A stretch of DNA of 64,000 nucleotides from Takakia lepidozioides (Eukaryota; Plantae; Bryophyta): assembly GCA_030704615.1 (NCBI GenBank), contig CM060731.1, positions 6,882,001 to 6,946,000 on the forward strand, read 5' to 3'. A program made the translations under genes and the position numbers. Of this stretch, positions 27,270 through 40,468 are shown piece after piece. Under the pieces are notes generated by a model. It was not told the DNA's origin. It was given only the letters and a program-made list of their open reading frames with translations, and did not search any database. How positions within the stretch are numbered: position 1 is the first letter of the stretch; each line of letters starts with the position of its first letter.

Positions 27270-30200
27270 GCATGAGAATCTCGAAGAAGGAGAGGAGCAA
27301 TAGAATGGCTTTCGAGATGTGTAACAGTTCTTTTAGTCCCAAATGAAGGGGGATAAAGCTAAGTGAAAAAAAAGGCTTGCTCCTGTTTACTTTTTACGAC
27401 AGAGGTGAAAGGGGCATAGTACTTTTGAGTGTGGCTCACGCACTAAAAGCGTGAAGGAAATGGCATCAAATGAGTAGCAAATTCAAGAGTTTGATCCCGC
27501 TGAAGAAAATCTGTAATGACTCCAAGGCCGGGTTTTTCTCCGTTTCTCCTTTCTACTCCAAGCCCACCAATCGACAGAAAGAGATCAAAATGTAAATATG
27601 GCATCACCGGGGCTTCAATAGACAAGGAGGATCAACTGACAGTCTCGTTGTAACTGCACCGCGTTGCAAGTGTTTCGCTTAGTAGAGGCCCACAGATTTG
27701 CTTCCGGAATCCGTTGAGCGGTTTGGGCTCCTGTATAAGAGAGAGGTTGCTTTGCGACTGCAAGTACCACTTTCCTCACGAGTTTCCTATGCTTTTGCAC
27801 CAATACGCTGCAGAACTTTCGAGTTTCAGAGAGGGGTGACAGGTTGCACTCAATCACAGTTTCAACGCCCCCGCACATACCAATTCAGAGAGGAGAGACG
27901 AGCCAGAAAGGGGAGGTCGGACCTGAAGTTTTCACAACATCCGCCAATGTACATGGGTGTGCACCCGGAGAGATGTGACAGGAACCTCCGCAGATTAGCA
28001 ACGAAGAGACCTCAAGATTACAGACTCAGCATACAGAAAGAGAAAAAAAGATAAAGCCCTGTATGAACTAAGTTGAAGCTTCTTCCCGACCTGCAACTAC
28101 AGGGCCTGCTCAAATCATCGATGTGCACAAGAAGGAGAGAGAGAACGAGAGAGCCAAAAAGAGAGAAAGAGAGCAATAAAGAGCAGACTGTTGGATCGTC
28201 TCGAGGCCTCACGGGACGCAGGCTTCTCACAACACACGCGCAGCTCACACGTGCCTGACGCCGCCATTTTAGCCCTCACTATCCCGTGTAGTAGGGGTAC
28301 TGGCTGTGACACGAGCGAGATGAGTAAAATAATAACTAAAAGTGAGTAACTAGGTACTGGTAAATCAAAACAACGCTACTATTTTATTTGTTTTTTCCTT
28401 TTCTTTCTTTTTCTCCTGAAGCCTGACTCAGTCCTGCATCACTAGTGCAAACCCAAAAAACAAAAAATAAAAACACAAGCCTCAAACTGCAATGGACTCT
28501 CTTGCTTTGGCCAAACATAAAGGGGAGGTGAGACTAAGGGCTAAGACTCAGCACAACACACAATCAGAGCCTCGACGGGGTGTAAAGTTCTTTGACCACA
28601 TTTCCTCCGTGGACTTCAACATGATGCATAGGTAGTCTCTCTTCTACAAAACTTTATCTTCATCTTTATCTCTTCCTGCAAAAGCGAGCCAAGAGAGAAG
28701 GACAGTACTATTAGTAGCTGACAAAAGTCACTAGTAACTAGGCCGCAGTGTGGCATATGAACAAATCCATGGAATACATGCAAGCCCTGCCTTATTGTTG
28801 TAATTATGATAGCCAGGCCACACATACCATTTGCCTCCCTTGGCAGGACGCACGTCGCAGAACGGCGTCTTCCCAACGTTGTAAGGGGAGCGGCCACACA
28901 ACCCATCCTTCCTTGTTGGCTCCTTGGTGGGACCCAGTTTCAACAGCAAGGATTGCTTGCTAAGATCCAACAAGGCAAAGGGTGACGTCAGTATAACGTT
29001 ATTTCTTCCTTTTTTTCGCCTCTCATTTTACAATAATTGGGACGTTATGGCGCGCCCCACCCGGACCTAACGCGCGGTCGCCCAGCCACTGTCGCGGCGC
29101 AGCACCCACGGCCCATCAGCCACGTCCGCGGCAGCCCCGCCCGCGGTCCACCGTGCCCCCAGTCCGCTTCCCCTCAGTCCGCCAGACTTCCAGTCTGCCG
29201 GCCAGTCGCCGGCTAGTCCGCTGTGCACGCCAGGCCAGTCCGTTGCCCTCCAGTCTGCTATCTGTCCGCTGCCCTCCAGTTTGTTATCAGTCTTGACACG
29301 ATGAGAACAGTTGAGGACAATCGAGTTTCCTGTTTACCCTCAGTCTCTTCTCCCGTCAGTCTTCTCGCTTCTTCTCTCCTGAGTCTGTTGAACCGTTCGT
29401 GGGCGAGACACTGGATCTGTATCGATATCAAAGACTCACTTTATCAGTCTGTTCTGCTACGAGTCTGTTCGCGTTGGCTCTGGTGGCCCACCATTGCATT
29501 GGATATGACACTTTTCTACTCAGTTTCTTCTCTCGACGGTGACCTGAAAGTCGGTCTCTTCCAACATGTGTCTGTCTGTCGGATGCCACTTTATTAGTCT
29601 CTTGTGTCGCCAGTCTGTTCACAGTGGGTCTGTTTGGCCGGACTTTGCACCGCGTCCAAGTCTGCTACACCAATTACATCATCTTTCGCAGGACAAAGGC
29701 TCTATTGGGACTGCTGGACTGCCACTGCTGGACTACAAGCCGTCTGCTGGACTGCCACTTCAGTCTGTTCACGTTCAGTCTAACTCCAGGCCATCTGCTA
29801 GAATGCCACTTCAGTCTGTTCGCGTTCAGTCTGACTCCAAGCCGTCTGCTGGACTGCCGCAAGTCTGTTTGTACTGGGTCTGTTGGGCCGTCCGTGGGAG
29901 TCTGGTGGACCCTCTTAAATGCGATGACGACGGCAAGCATGACAGTCGCTCTCTTGGGATGTCAGTCACGTCAAAGTCTGCTGGTCGACACTGCCCGGCA
30001 GCCGGTTGCAATGGCAGTCTGTTGGGAAGTCTGTTGGGAAGTGGGCACCTGGTAGTCTGCTGGACAGTGGGTCTGCCGGACCTATTAAATGCGTGGACGG
30101 CACATGCGGCCCCAACGATGCACAATGTTCTGCATGTCCGCTGGACACTCCGTCCGCTAAACAATCTGCTGGATAATGGATCTACTATCCGTCTTAAATG

Positions 30201-30645
30201 CATGACGGCGCTGCCGGCGCCAATGATGACGTGCCACGTCATTCTGCATGGCCCGTCTGCTATTAGTTTGAACTTCTTCTTCACGCGAGTTGTGTGGTCT
30301 TCCGATGCCTCTCTCTGTCCTTTTCATGCGCATTTTCGTTTCACAGCCCTAGTCCATCTCCATTTCCCACTGCTGACCCCGCCTCGGTCTGCCACGACCA
30401 CTGCGAGCAGACCGTCCTCCTTCCGTAGATTCAGAGAGTCCTCTTGAGCTCCCAAGCGTCGCAAATACAAAGGCTCCCGTAAGTACGCGATGGTTCCTCC
30501 AACTGCGAAGTACCCTTTCTCATATTATTTACTGCTTTTTGTGTTCTTCCTGTGTTCGTCCTCGCCTCTTCTTCTACTGAGAGTTTTTCCTGTTGTTTTC
30601 AGTCTTCTCGCATAGTTTCCTGTTTGTTTCCAATCTTCTGAATTG

Positions 30646-31330
30646 ATGGAGGATGCTTGTGAGAAGGGTGGACCCGACTGGGTCTCTTTTGTGCACCAGA
30701 CGTGGTTAAAGAAGCTGCGAAGGTATTGGTACTCACCAAAGGAGTACGAACACAAAATAGTGGAAGCATGTGTAGACCTCGGCGCTTCCAATGAACAAAA
30801 CCCACAATGGACCAAGGATAGGCTGAGGTGTCCGTTTTGCAAGTGGACATAAAAGACAAGATCCAGCTCAACCGCCATTGCGTTGATATGGGTTGCAAGG
30901 CTGCTATTCTGCCCTTCAAGCCTTGGCCCATACCAGCATCTCAGAAGGAGCCACATGATGCTGCTTTGAGATGCTGTAGCAAAAACTTAGTCCCCCGAAG
31001 TTTGGACGAAGTCAGGCAACGGTACTGGAGGGCTGCTGGAACTGTGGAACAACAGGTTGCGAAGACCACTTTCAGGAAATGCCTGTGGGTCCCAAGAAAC
31101 ACAAACTGAGTGATGGGGCGGCAAAGAAGGCTTCCGCCAGAGCACTGAAGTCTGCTCACGATGCAAGAGCGGCTTCAGCACAAGCCAGCAAGCAACGGCC
31201 GCTGCAGACCAGGAATACCCGGCAAATGCAAACACTCAGTTCTTCAAGCGAGTCTGCCGAAAAGGAGTCCAGTCAGTCTGCCCAGTCTTTGGAAGGACAC
31301 GGTCCACCTTCAATAGACAACTACAAATAG
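30646..31330 (+). pseudogene. Transposon cargo gene remnant with a zinc-finger-like motif
   Basis: LRCPFCKWT joined across a frameshift to KDKIQLNRHCVDMGC gives CxxC...LxRH...C spacing. Confidence 0.4.
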
Positions 31331-34300
31331 ACAGAAGTGAGGAGACCACCTCCCTTCGCCAGACCGCTCAGCAGACCCAGCAGACTAGAGTCAACTCCCA
31401 ACAGACCGAGTAACAATGGCGCTGAGAAGACCCCTGAGAAGATCGACGGCCCTCTTTGTCCGTGCACTCTGCTCTTACTTCCGTTCGGGGTTTTCCCAGC
31501 GTTGTGCCCACCACCGGATGATCCAGAGTTCTTCCCGTTCTTCTAGATTTGTGTAGACCGGACGGATGGCCGTGACCGTCCGCCAGGCGCAAGAAAATTG
31601 ATTGAAGTGCATTGCAGATGAGAATGCAGACGAAACAAACCAGCAGGTACTGCTCTCTTGTATCCCTCCAACAAGCGTACACTAGTCTGTTGGTCTGTTG
31701 TTGTCTGCTTGGACTTCTGGTCTGCTGGTTTGTCTGCTAAGTCTGTTGGCCGTCTGCTGCTTTGTGGGGTGAGCCTGCTTGGTCTGCTCATCTTTTGGTC
31801 TGCTTATCTCAGTACTCTGGTAACCCTCAACCCTCAGGTCTGCTCAGTCTGCTCGTTTCGTTCGGCAGTCCACTCAGTCTCACGGTCCAGTCTGCTCGTC
31901 CTTTATGCTGGTCTTTTGTACTAGTTTACTTTGCTGTTCACTTTGTTGGCCTTCACTTATGTACTTCGTTGGAGAGCAGGCTCATGCTGTTCGAGAGCGT
32001 GTTCGGACAGCCATTGCGGGGCTTGGAGAATGCACACCAAAGACCCTCATTTGCAAGTGAATACGGTGTGGATAGAAGTGGACCGGGTTCGGGAATACAT
32101 TTTGTGGAAGTATCCTGTGTCTGCCGCTGCCATAGAGGCATTATATACTGAGGCATTTCTGGGCAGCCCTCATACTATCACCAGCCCTGAGTTTGTGCCA
32201 ATCAGCACGTTTCAGCAGACTAGCCAGCAGTATGGTTAGCAGACTATTCAGCAGACTGACCAGCAGACTATCTAGAACAATGTCGAGGACATTGTGGAGA
32301 ACACTGCCAATGTGTTTGCCCACAAGACTACGGCGCAAACTGCACACGAGTCCGTCCAACAGACTGCCCTCGTCCCCTCCAGCATAGGCATTTTTGGGGT
32401 TTGGAGACCGCCATTGCCGCTTGGTAATCCCACGGATGCAGATCTTACACTTCCACAGTTTAGGGTAGGTGGATCAAATGCCCACCTTGAATGGTATAGT
32501 GACCTTCACCACATTGTGACAGACCGGCGTTGGCCCTTTGTCCCTTTTCACTATTCCATGGAGTGCACGATCGAGGAAGCCAACTAGGTTCTGCAAAGTG
32601 CAAGCATGCCAGTTGATGTGCTCAGTGACCGAAGCGAACCGCCGCTGCTTGTTCAGCTAATTCTTATGGATGACCCACGCCCGGACGAGCTTCAGCATAT
32701 GGCTATGGCACACCCAACCTTTGGTGTGCGCGTAAAGCACTTGTCAGCACTGACAGCAGAGCAGTTGGACCGCATGACATCATCCTTCCTTTGGCATCGA
32801 TGGATGCAATTTGGTAATTTCACCTCGTACAGAAAATTGATAAAGGACTTGCATAGCCTTCGCATGGATCTACTACATAGAGAACCGCAGGCAAGGAAGG
32901 CGGTTCTGGATGATGCTTTGGTATGGTTGTCAGTTATCTAGGAGTGACCTGTAATTGATATTGTCTTGCACAAACCAGATGTCTTCATAGTCCTCTGGTT
33001 TGGAACTCCGTATGAAGACCGCATATCCGCCACTGGCCAGCTTGATTCCGCACTGCTGGCTCGCCAAATTGAAGATATTAGGCTCATCGGAAATCGCCTT
33101 GAAGGTATGCACTGTTCTCCATCATTTACAAGTCCTAAAATTTCCCATGGATCAATGTCGAGTACTAAATTTGTGGTATGTTTCAGGGCGGGGCGATTTT
33201 GAAGAAGAAGCCGTGAACAAGGCATTCAACTCGCTTGCCAGAGCTGCAAGAGACGTTCTCCTTGCAGTACAGGGCCATCCTAAATCCGATGGCACTGTCC
33301 AAAAGACTACCGAGGTTCATGTCCAACAGACTGGCGAGGAGTGTGCTCAGCAATACATGGTCTCGTAGGCAGCCCAGGAGACTAGAAATACCAGGGCGTT
33401 TGGGTCCCAGGAGCAGACTCAGCACACTCAACAGACTCCTACTCACCGGAACCTTTTCCCATCCAATGACAATGACTGTTTTTTCTGGGAGACTGGAAGG
33501 ACTGGGCAAACTCGACAGACTGGGCAGACCGAGCAGATTGGGCAGACTGCCTAGCCGATCGGGCAGCAGTATGGAGAACAACCTCACCATGCTGGACTAG
33601 AAGACCTGCCGGCAGCAAGTGTCCAGCACTCTTTCATGAGGCCACAGTGGAATTTCCAACGTCCTGGCCTCCATTGGACTGGTGCGGCGGACCATTCACC
33701 CCAATTTAAGCTCGGAAATTTTAGAGAACCAAATTTTCTTGCGTCTACAGACAATGTAGCGAGGACATTGGTAAACCCCTCTTATCCGTCGCCCCGTGGC
33801 CTACATCCTCTTTCCATTGAGCTTAGTCCGGTTCTAGTTTGTTCACTGGCAAAAGCCATCAATGATCTTGACGTGATCGGACCAATGTCCGGCCCAGTAC
33901 CCCGCATAATAGACCTTACTACAGAATCCGATGTGGAATCCCCCTCTGTGAAGCCATCATCAGCTATGGACGAAGACCCTCACAACAAGCTTGACGGTGA
34001 AGTTGATAGACTCATCGTCGGCTTGGAAGACCACGCTGAAAGGACTTCCCAGGAGGCTGAACTCGAGAATACTTCCCAGGAGATTGCCCAGGGGACTACA
34101 CAGGGGGCTGCACTGATTGTCCAGGAGACTGTTCAACAGACTACCCAGGTGACTGACTTGGAGAGAGTCCCGCAGACTGCTCAAGAGAGGGACTTGGAAG
34201 GAGTCCAGCAGATGTCCAGCAGATTGACTCCGATGTGCAACCTGTCTACTAAGAGCCTCCTTAGGACGCTGCCCAGGAGCCTGCCCACTAGGAGACTGAC

Positions 34301-35248
34301 TTGGACGCAGTCCAGCAGACCGCCCATGCCATTGCCGAGACTGCCAATGCACAGGAAACTACCATGGAGCCTGACCAACCTGTGCAGGAGACTGCCCAGC
34401 AGTTTGTCCAGGAGACATCCCGGCAGACTGCAGAGGAGACCCACCCAGCCCCACCCACTCAGGTTGTTCCTGCACTATGAGATCATTTTACTTACTGATG
34501 TTGCACCTTCATTATATTATTGAACGTATCATTGAATTTGCAGGATGTTCGTCTCATGAGGGATGTGCATGTTGCAACATCGCCATTGTCCACAGTGGAC
34601 TCAACCCATGCCCATGGACCTACCAATGCACCCAACGTTGGGTCGACGACAAAGATGGGTACCATAGACGAAATGTCGTCGGGTGTGCGGGTGAGTTCCA
34701 TGCATGCCACGCGTGAGGCTGCGAGGACCGGTCCAGGAAGTGTCAACAAGCCTCCTGACGTTGTTGTGTTGAGAAGCCGGATGGCCGCCCTGCGACAGTC
34801 TACTCAATCCAACCCGTCGGCAGCACCTTCTACTCCCCAAAGTAGAGGCAAAGCGAAGAAGCGGGATGTGCTGGACCTCGCCGAAGAGGTTGGGGAGGGT
34901 CCTGCTCCCAAGAAAAGTGGCCCCGAGGAAAAGTCCGGTGTGTTTATGAACAAGGACCGAAAACTGGTTTTCGAGATGGACAAGGAAGTCATTCTTTGCC
35001 GCGAGATCCAGCAGTGAGTAGTATCTGTTGGTCTGTTGTTTTTTTTTTTTTTTGTGAAGATACTGAGTCTGCTCAGCCCAGTCTCCTGCTATTCTTTGCT
35101 GATCTGTCTTCTCATACTTTTCGGTCTACTCAGTCATGTTAGTCTGCTCAGTCTCATGTTGTTGTCGGTCTTGGAGAGTCTTCACATACTCTTGACATAG
35201 TCTGGTCAGCCAGTCTGCTCGATCTTCTCGTCTAGTCAGTCTTCTCGT

Positions 35249-36361
35249 ATGTTTGACAAGTACAGGGGCTTTACCTCAGTCTGCTCTGGTTTGTGCATAT
35301 TGACTTCTCGGTTTGATAAACTACATCGTAATGAAGTGGATGCCGGTGGTTCCATGTTGCACTTTTATAAGGGGGCCCCACGTTTTGAATGCGGATTTGA
35401 CCATGGTGACCTAAAGGCAATTAACAAGGTTGAGTGTGAGTGCACGGATAGACTGTTGGAGCTATGGTGTCCCTTCTATGAAAAGTCGGCTGATTCGAAG
35501 GTGGTAGCTCTTCTGCCAACGTGGACGTGGGCGGTGATGAAGATCCACTGGGAGGGGCCACGTGAAAGACTACTGGATAACCTTCATGTTGCCTTCAGTA
35601 GCGAGCGGCATAGCAAGGACCTAAAAGACTGCGAGTTTATTTTGGTTCCGATTGGTGAAGAGTAAGGACTCCCTTGTGCCATCTGTTCTATTTGCTCAGT
35701 TGGCTCATTTTGCTCAGTCCGCTCAGTCCGCTCAGTCTACTCTGTCCGTTTGGTCCGCTCAATCTCGTCAGTCCCCTCAGTCTCTTGGACTGTGTAGAAG
35801 ACCCAGTGTGCTGGGTGTGAGTGGACTGGACAGAAGACTGATGAGGGTGTCTGCTGAGTATGCTGAGTCTGTTGGCACTGCTTGGTCTGGTCAGTATTTC
35901 CTTTTTGTGACGTAATGTTGCGTGATACCCATTGCAGGGGGCACTGGAGTCTTCTATGCATCGACCTTCGGAAAGGGTCCTACACTCACCTGAACTCTAT
36001 CAAGAGACTGCATCGTGCTCCATTCATTATGCCATGGATTCGGAGGCTACATGCCGAATGCTTGGGCTACTCGCAAGAGGCTCCAAAGTGGCAGGAGGTT
36101 GTTTGTGCATTTCAATTGCACCAACCCGAAGTGCCAGAACAACCATTCAGTTGGGAATGTGGCTTTTACGTCATGTCATTCATTCAAGTTTTTTATGAAT
36201 GGGTGAAATCGCGAGGAAAGGTTGACAAGAGTAAAAAGGCAGAGAGAGGAGTGTCTTTCACTGCGACCTGGTTTACTTATAAGTTTGCACTTGGCCAGCA
36301 ACTGCAATGTGCAAAATATATTGTGCACGGTTTGGAATGTTTGGAGAAAGCTGGTAGATAG
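35249..36361 (+). pseudogene. Ulp1/C48 SUMO-protease-like domain (transposon-borne), with an intron at ~35661-35936
   Basis: FILVPIGEE spliced to GHWSLLCID...THLNS...PEQPFSWECGFYVM gives the His, (Asp->Asn), Gln and Cys catalytic motifs of peptidase C48. Confidence 0.8.
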
Positions 36362-37153
36362 TTGTGAGGCTCGGATGTAGTGTTTGTACGTGTCATGTGA
36401 AGTTTTTGTACCGAAATAAAAAGTGCTTATGCCTTCGCTTACTCATCCATTGGTGAATGATGAATATTGTTGATGTCTCTGGGCATTGCATTGTTTCGGT
36501 GAATGATGAATATTGTTGATGCCTCTGGGCACTGCATTGTTACTACACTGTCAGTCTGTTGTTTCAAAGACTAAAGAATATATGAAGAGTACATGTGAAT
36601 GTATCCACATGCAATGTCAGTCTGCTGATGGACACTCTAGTTTGAGCCGACAGGTTATAAAACCGTCAGCAGACGGCTGGGAAGACTCATTGGAAGAGGA
36701 GAGTCCGACAAACTGAGGAGAGTCCTCCAACCTGACAGAGTCCGGTAGACTGGCAGATGGGATTGGGAACCATGAGTCCTAGTCTGAACAGCATGTGTGG
36801 TGAGAGTCCACTGCTCAGCACACTGCCGAGAGTCACCGGAGTGCTAGAGTACAGGCGGATGGCATTGGCCAGTAGTCTGTCAAGTCTGGTCAGCAGAGTA
36901 AGTGAGGGTCCAGCGTACTCAGAATGGCAAGTCTGATGGGCAGACCGCATGAGGGTTACTGGTCAACCGAGTGCAGGCCAGTTCAGAACCAGGAGACTGG
37001 TCTGCTCAGAAGACATGATACTCCACACCCTGAATACTATGTTTTCCTGCTGATGGACAGGTCAGATTGTTTACCAACATATGAGCACAATGGTTCGAAG
37101 AGTGGCAGTAGACTGAGCAAAAGCCTCGTTTAGCGGACTGGTTCAGAAGACTG

Positions 37154-37551
37154 CACTACAGCAAATGGGGGGGGGGGGGGGTTTGCGACGTCAGCCATGC
37201 CCCACGCCCCGCGCGGCGCTGAGCCCGCGACGCCGAGCCCGCGACATTTATATATTTATATATTTATTTATTTATTTAGATTGCTTTTGTGATACATAGA
37301 TGTAGCGTAGGTGTGTTGGTTAGTCAGTGTCTTAGAAATGTTATAACGTAGAGGTTTTAGGTTCAAGTATGCATTGCATGATATATGTAGAACAATGAAC
37401 ATATCGCCATTAGACAGAACCGGAGTCAATGGTCAACAAGTTTTTGAAATTCAAATTTTATCGCCTAAATTCAAATGTACCCCCTTAAATTGCGACGTCC
37501 GGGTGTCACACTTTGCAAACCCCGGACGGTGCTAATTCTGCAATGCAGAGT

Positions 37552-37586
<35 letters not shown>

Positions 37587-37740
37587 GGCAACGTCTGGGC
37601 GTCGCAAATTGCGGTTTCGCCTTTTTGCGACCCCCATTGGTCGCAAATTTGCGACTTTTTTTGGCGACGGGCTTGCGACGCCCGGGCGTCGCAAATTTGG
37701 TTCTTCCCCCTCCCGAAAAGGGCTATTTTACGACGCCGCG
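37154..37740 (+). mobile_element. CACTA left terminus, family A (CACTACAGCAAAT) with GCGACG/CGTCGC subterminal repeats
   Basis: CACTA at 37154 is followed by repeated TTGCGACG / CGTCGCAA motifs in both orientations. Confidence 0.75.
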
Positions 37741-39048
37741 GAAGAAAAACATGGAATAACCACTGGCCCTTTAACCACTACTGTCTTTTTCCACTCTATA
37801 AACCACTAGTAACCACTTGCCAATGGTTAATCCCAATGAAATGCCACGGTGGCATCACAGACAGTGGTTGGAAGTGGTTTCAACCACTCAGTAGTCCACG
37901 TGTAATAATTTGTTTTTATTTATTATTATTTATCTGCTAATATATTTTAATTAATAAATATAATATTCCACGTGGACGAGTGCAGTGGTACATAGTGAGT
38001 GGTTATAGACACCTCAGTGATGGGAAGTGGTTGAAACCACTTGCTACTCCACGTGTAATAATTCAAATTTTATTTGTGATTTATTATTTGGAAATATATT
38101 TTAATTCATAAATATAATATTCCACGTGGACGGGGACAGTGCATGTTGATCTTGAGTGGTTAAAGATACCTCATTGATTTGTACCACTTTGAAAGTGGTG
38201 GAGAATGGGTGGTGAAAGATACTGCAGTAATTGGAACCACTATGTTAGTGGTTGCTCATGAGTGGTTGCCTACACAACAGTGATTGGTACCACTTTTGGG
38301 TTGATACATGAAAAACTTTAAGTGGTTTGTGCAGCTGTGACAGACTTTGAAAAACAGACAAGTGGCCAGACCATTGTGGGATGATGTTATTGAACAAATG
38401 GTTCCAACAATAAACTTTATTCTGAATCTGAAACATATTCGTCACCCTCTGAATCACTTTGCTCAACTGGAATAGCAGTTGGTTGCACAAATGCCGCTTG
38501 AATGGTAGCCAACATAGCCAGGTCTTCTTTATTTAGAGCCGTGGGATCATCTAATGACCTAGGTATTGGCTGATCTGATAAGGTAGACGTCGATTGACAC
38601 GCCACTCATGACCACATGCCTCTCTATCTACTGTGAACTGTGCCTTCTTTGTTGCATACTTTTTGTCACAAAATGGCAACAAGAATGACACATGTTAGCA
38701 ATGAAGTATTGCATTACTTAGCAAAAAATACCTAGCATGAATGATACTTTGAAAACCACTGTTTCAAACCACTGGAGGAGTGAGCAGAATGACTTGTAAA
38801 TGAACATGCTCTTCCAACAAGTCACTCACTCAGACATTCCGTTACTACAACATTGGTTATAATCAGGATGAACCACTGACATTTGTGACTTTGTGGGTGG
38901 TTTGATTACACTGGTGACAGTCAGAATTGAAATAGAACTTGATATGAATAAGGTGCAATAAAAAGAAGTACTCACTGCGCCCAAGGAGCCATGACATTGG
39001 TATTGTTCAGCACATACAAAATTTGTGCTACATCTCTCCCAGCTCTAG

Positions 39049-39225
39049 TCATGTCCTGCTTTTTGCCGACACCTTGAAGACCTCGTCCTCAACCCCTTCC
39101 TCCGCATTTGCATCCCAAGTCCGCTGTTGAGTTGCAATAAATGATTGCATATACTCAATCATGAACCCCATGGCCTCATCCAGAACATACCCTGCAGCCG
39201 TACTCCCTTCTGGCTTTGCTAATGT
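39049..39225 (-). pseudogene. CACTA TnpD/Tnp2 transposase C-terminal fragment (DUF4218 region)
   Basis: AKPEGSTAAGYVLDEAMGFMIEYMQ...RTWDANAEEG matches the PEGSMAEGY..DE..GF..EY motif of CACTA transposases. Confidence 0.75.
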
Positions 39226-39384
39226 ATCCGATCTTTCATGTAACGCTCCATGGGATACATCCACCGTGAAGACACCGGATGAACAGTTTTGTTTATCTCC
39301 ACGGACTACATCTATGTGCTCACTTGTAACCACTAAAATGAATTTTTTTTTAAAAATCAAAGTGCAAAAGATTTAAAAAAAACA

Positions 39385-39600
39385 CATCGGCTGGTAAGTG
39401 CATAGTGTGTCACTCTGGTGGTTCAGGGTTCAAACCCGCTGCATGACTCCATGTGTGGGATTGTTTGTGACGACGGTATGTCTGGGCGTTGATCCTCCTG
39501 TAGGTCTCATGGCCCATAAATGAAAGGGGGTTAATTTTTCCCCCTCCTCAAGGGCCTGAGGTTTCCATTAAAAAAAAATTAAAAAATTAAAAAACAAAAA
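39385..39600 (+). mobile_element. Probable SINE-like insertion
   Basis: B-box-like GGGTTCAAACCC near the 5' end and an A-rich tail at ~39570-39600. A second tRNA-like head (TAGCGTACTGG...GGTTCAAAT) lies at ~39705-39760. Confidence 0.4.
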
Positions 39601-40468
39601 GCTGCTTATAGGGTTTGTGAAAAGGTTAAAAAACTTAAAAAGTTGCCTATCACGTATGTACAATATATACATACTTTTGGGGGGAAATGTCAAATGTGTG
39701 CATATAGCGTACTGGTAAGGGCTCTTCCTGCGTGTCGCGGGGTCGCGGGTTCAAATTCCTCGAGTTGTTTTTTTTCCCCCTCATGCACTAAGCCCCACTA
39801 AGCCCCACTTAGCCCTATCGTTGTTGTGCACACCAAGTCCTCGTGCAGGTTGGTCTTAGCAGGTCGCGTTTCAATCTATGCTCGCTCAGCTGCACCGTGG
39901 TGGTTCTCATGGACAATCCGACATTACCTGACTACAGACACAAGCAGCACACACAAGAGGTCCGTTTGGGTTCATGGTCTATCAAATCCTCCGTGGGTCA
40001 TGACACAAGGTTGACGACAATGTGGTTAGGGCACCTTCTTCTTCGACCTATTTCAGCCTGTTTTGCCCTCCCATCAGACTCCGCCCTGAATTTGCAGCAC
40101 GGAGCAAAGCTCGCATGAGTTTTTTACGATCCTTCATTATGGTGGGACAATCGCAATCGCAAGGTGTGGCTTTTTCTTAATGTAGGATGTGAAGAAGTTT
40201 GTCCGTCCTGCAAATGTGGGCTTTTGGCTCCTGTTAGTACCATGATTTGGTATTCTTCCTGATGTTTACAAGGTTCTTGGGAGAGTCAGCTTGGTCTTAG
40301 CAGGTCGTGTTTCAATCTCTGCTCGCTTAGCTGCACCATGGTGGTTCTCATGGACCAATGCGATGTTTTTTTTTTCCCCTCAAGTACTAAGCCCCACTAA
40401 GCCCTATCGCTGTTGCGCACTTAAGTCCTCGCTGATGTTTACAAGGTTCTTGGGAGAGTCAGCTTGGT

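Noticed and set aside
29566-30447. 293-aa ORF as a real gene
   Set aside because: It is built from CAGTCTG-rich repeats, has a non-ATG start and shows no recognisable domain.
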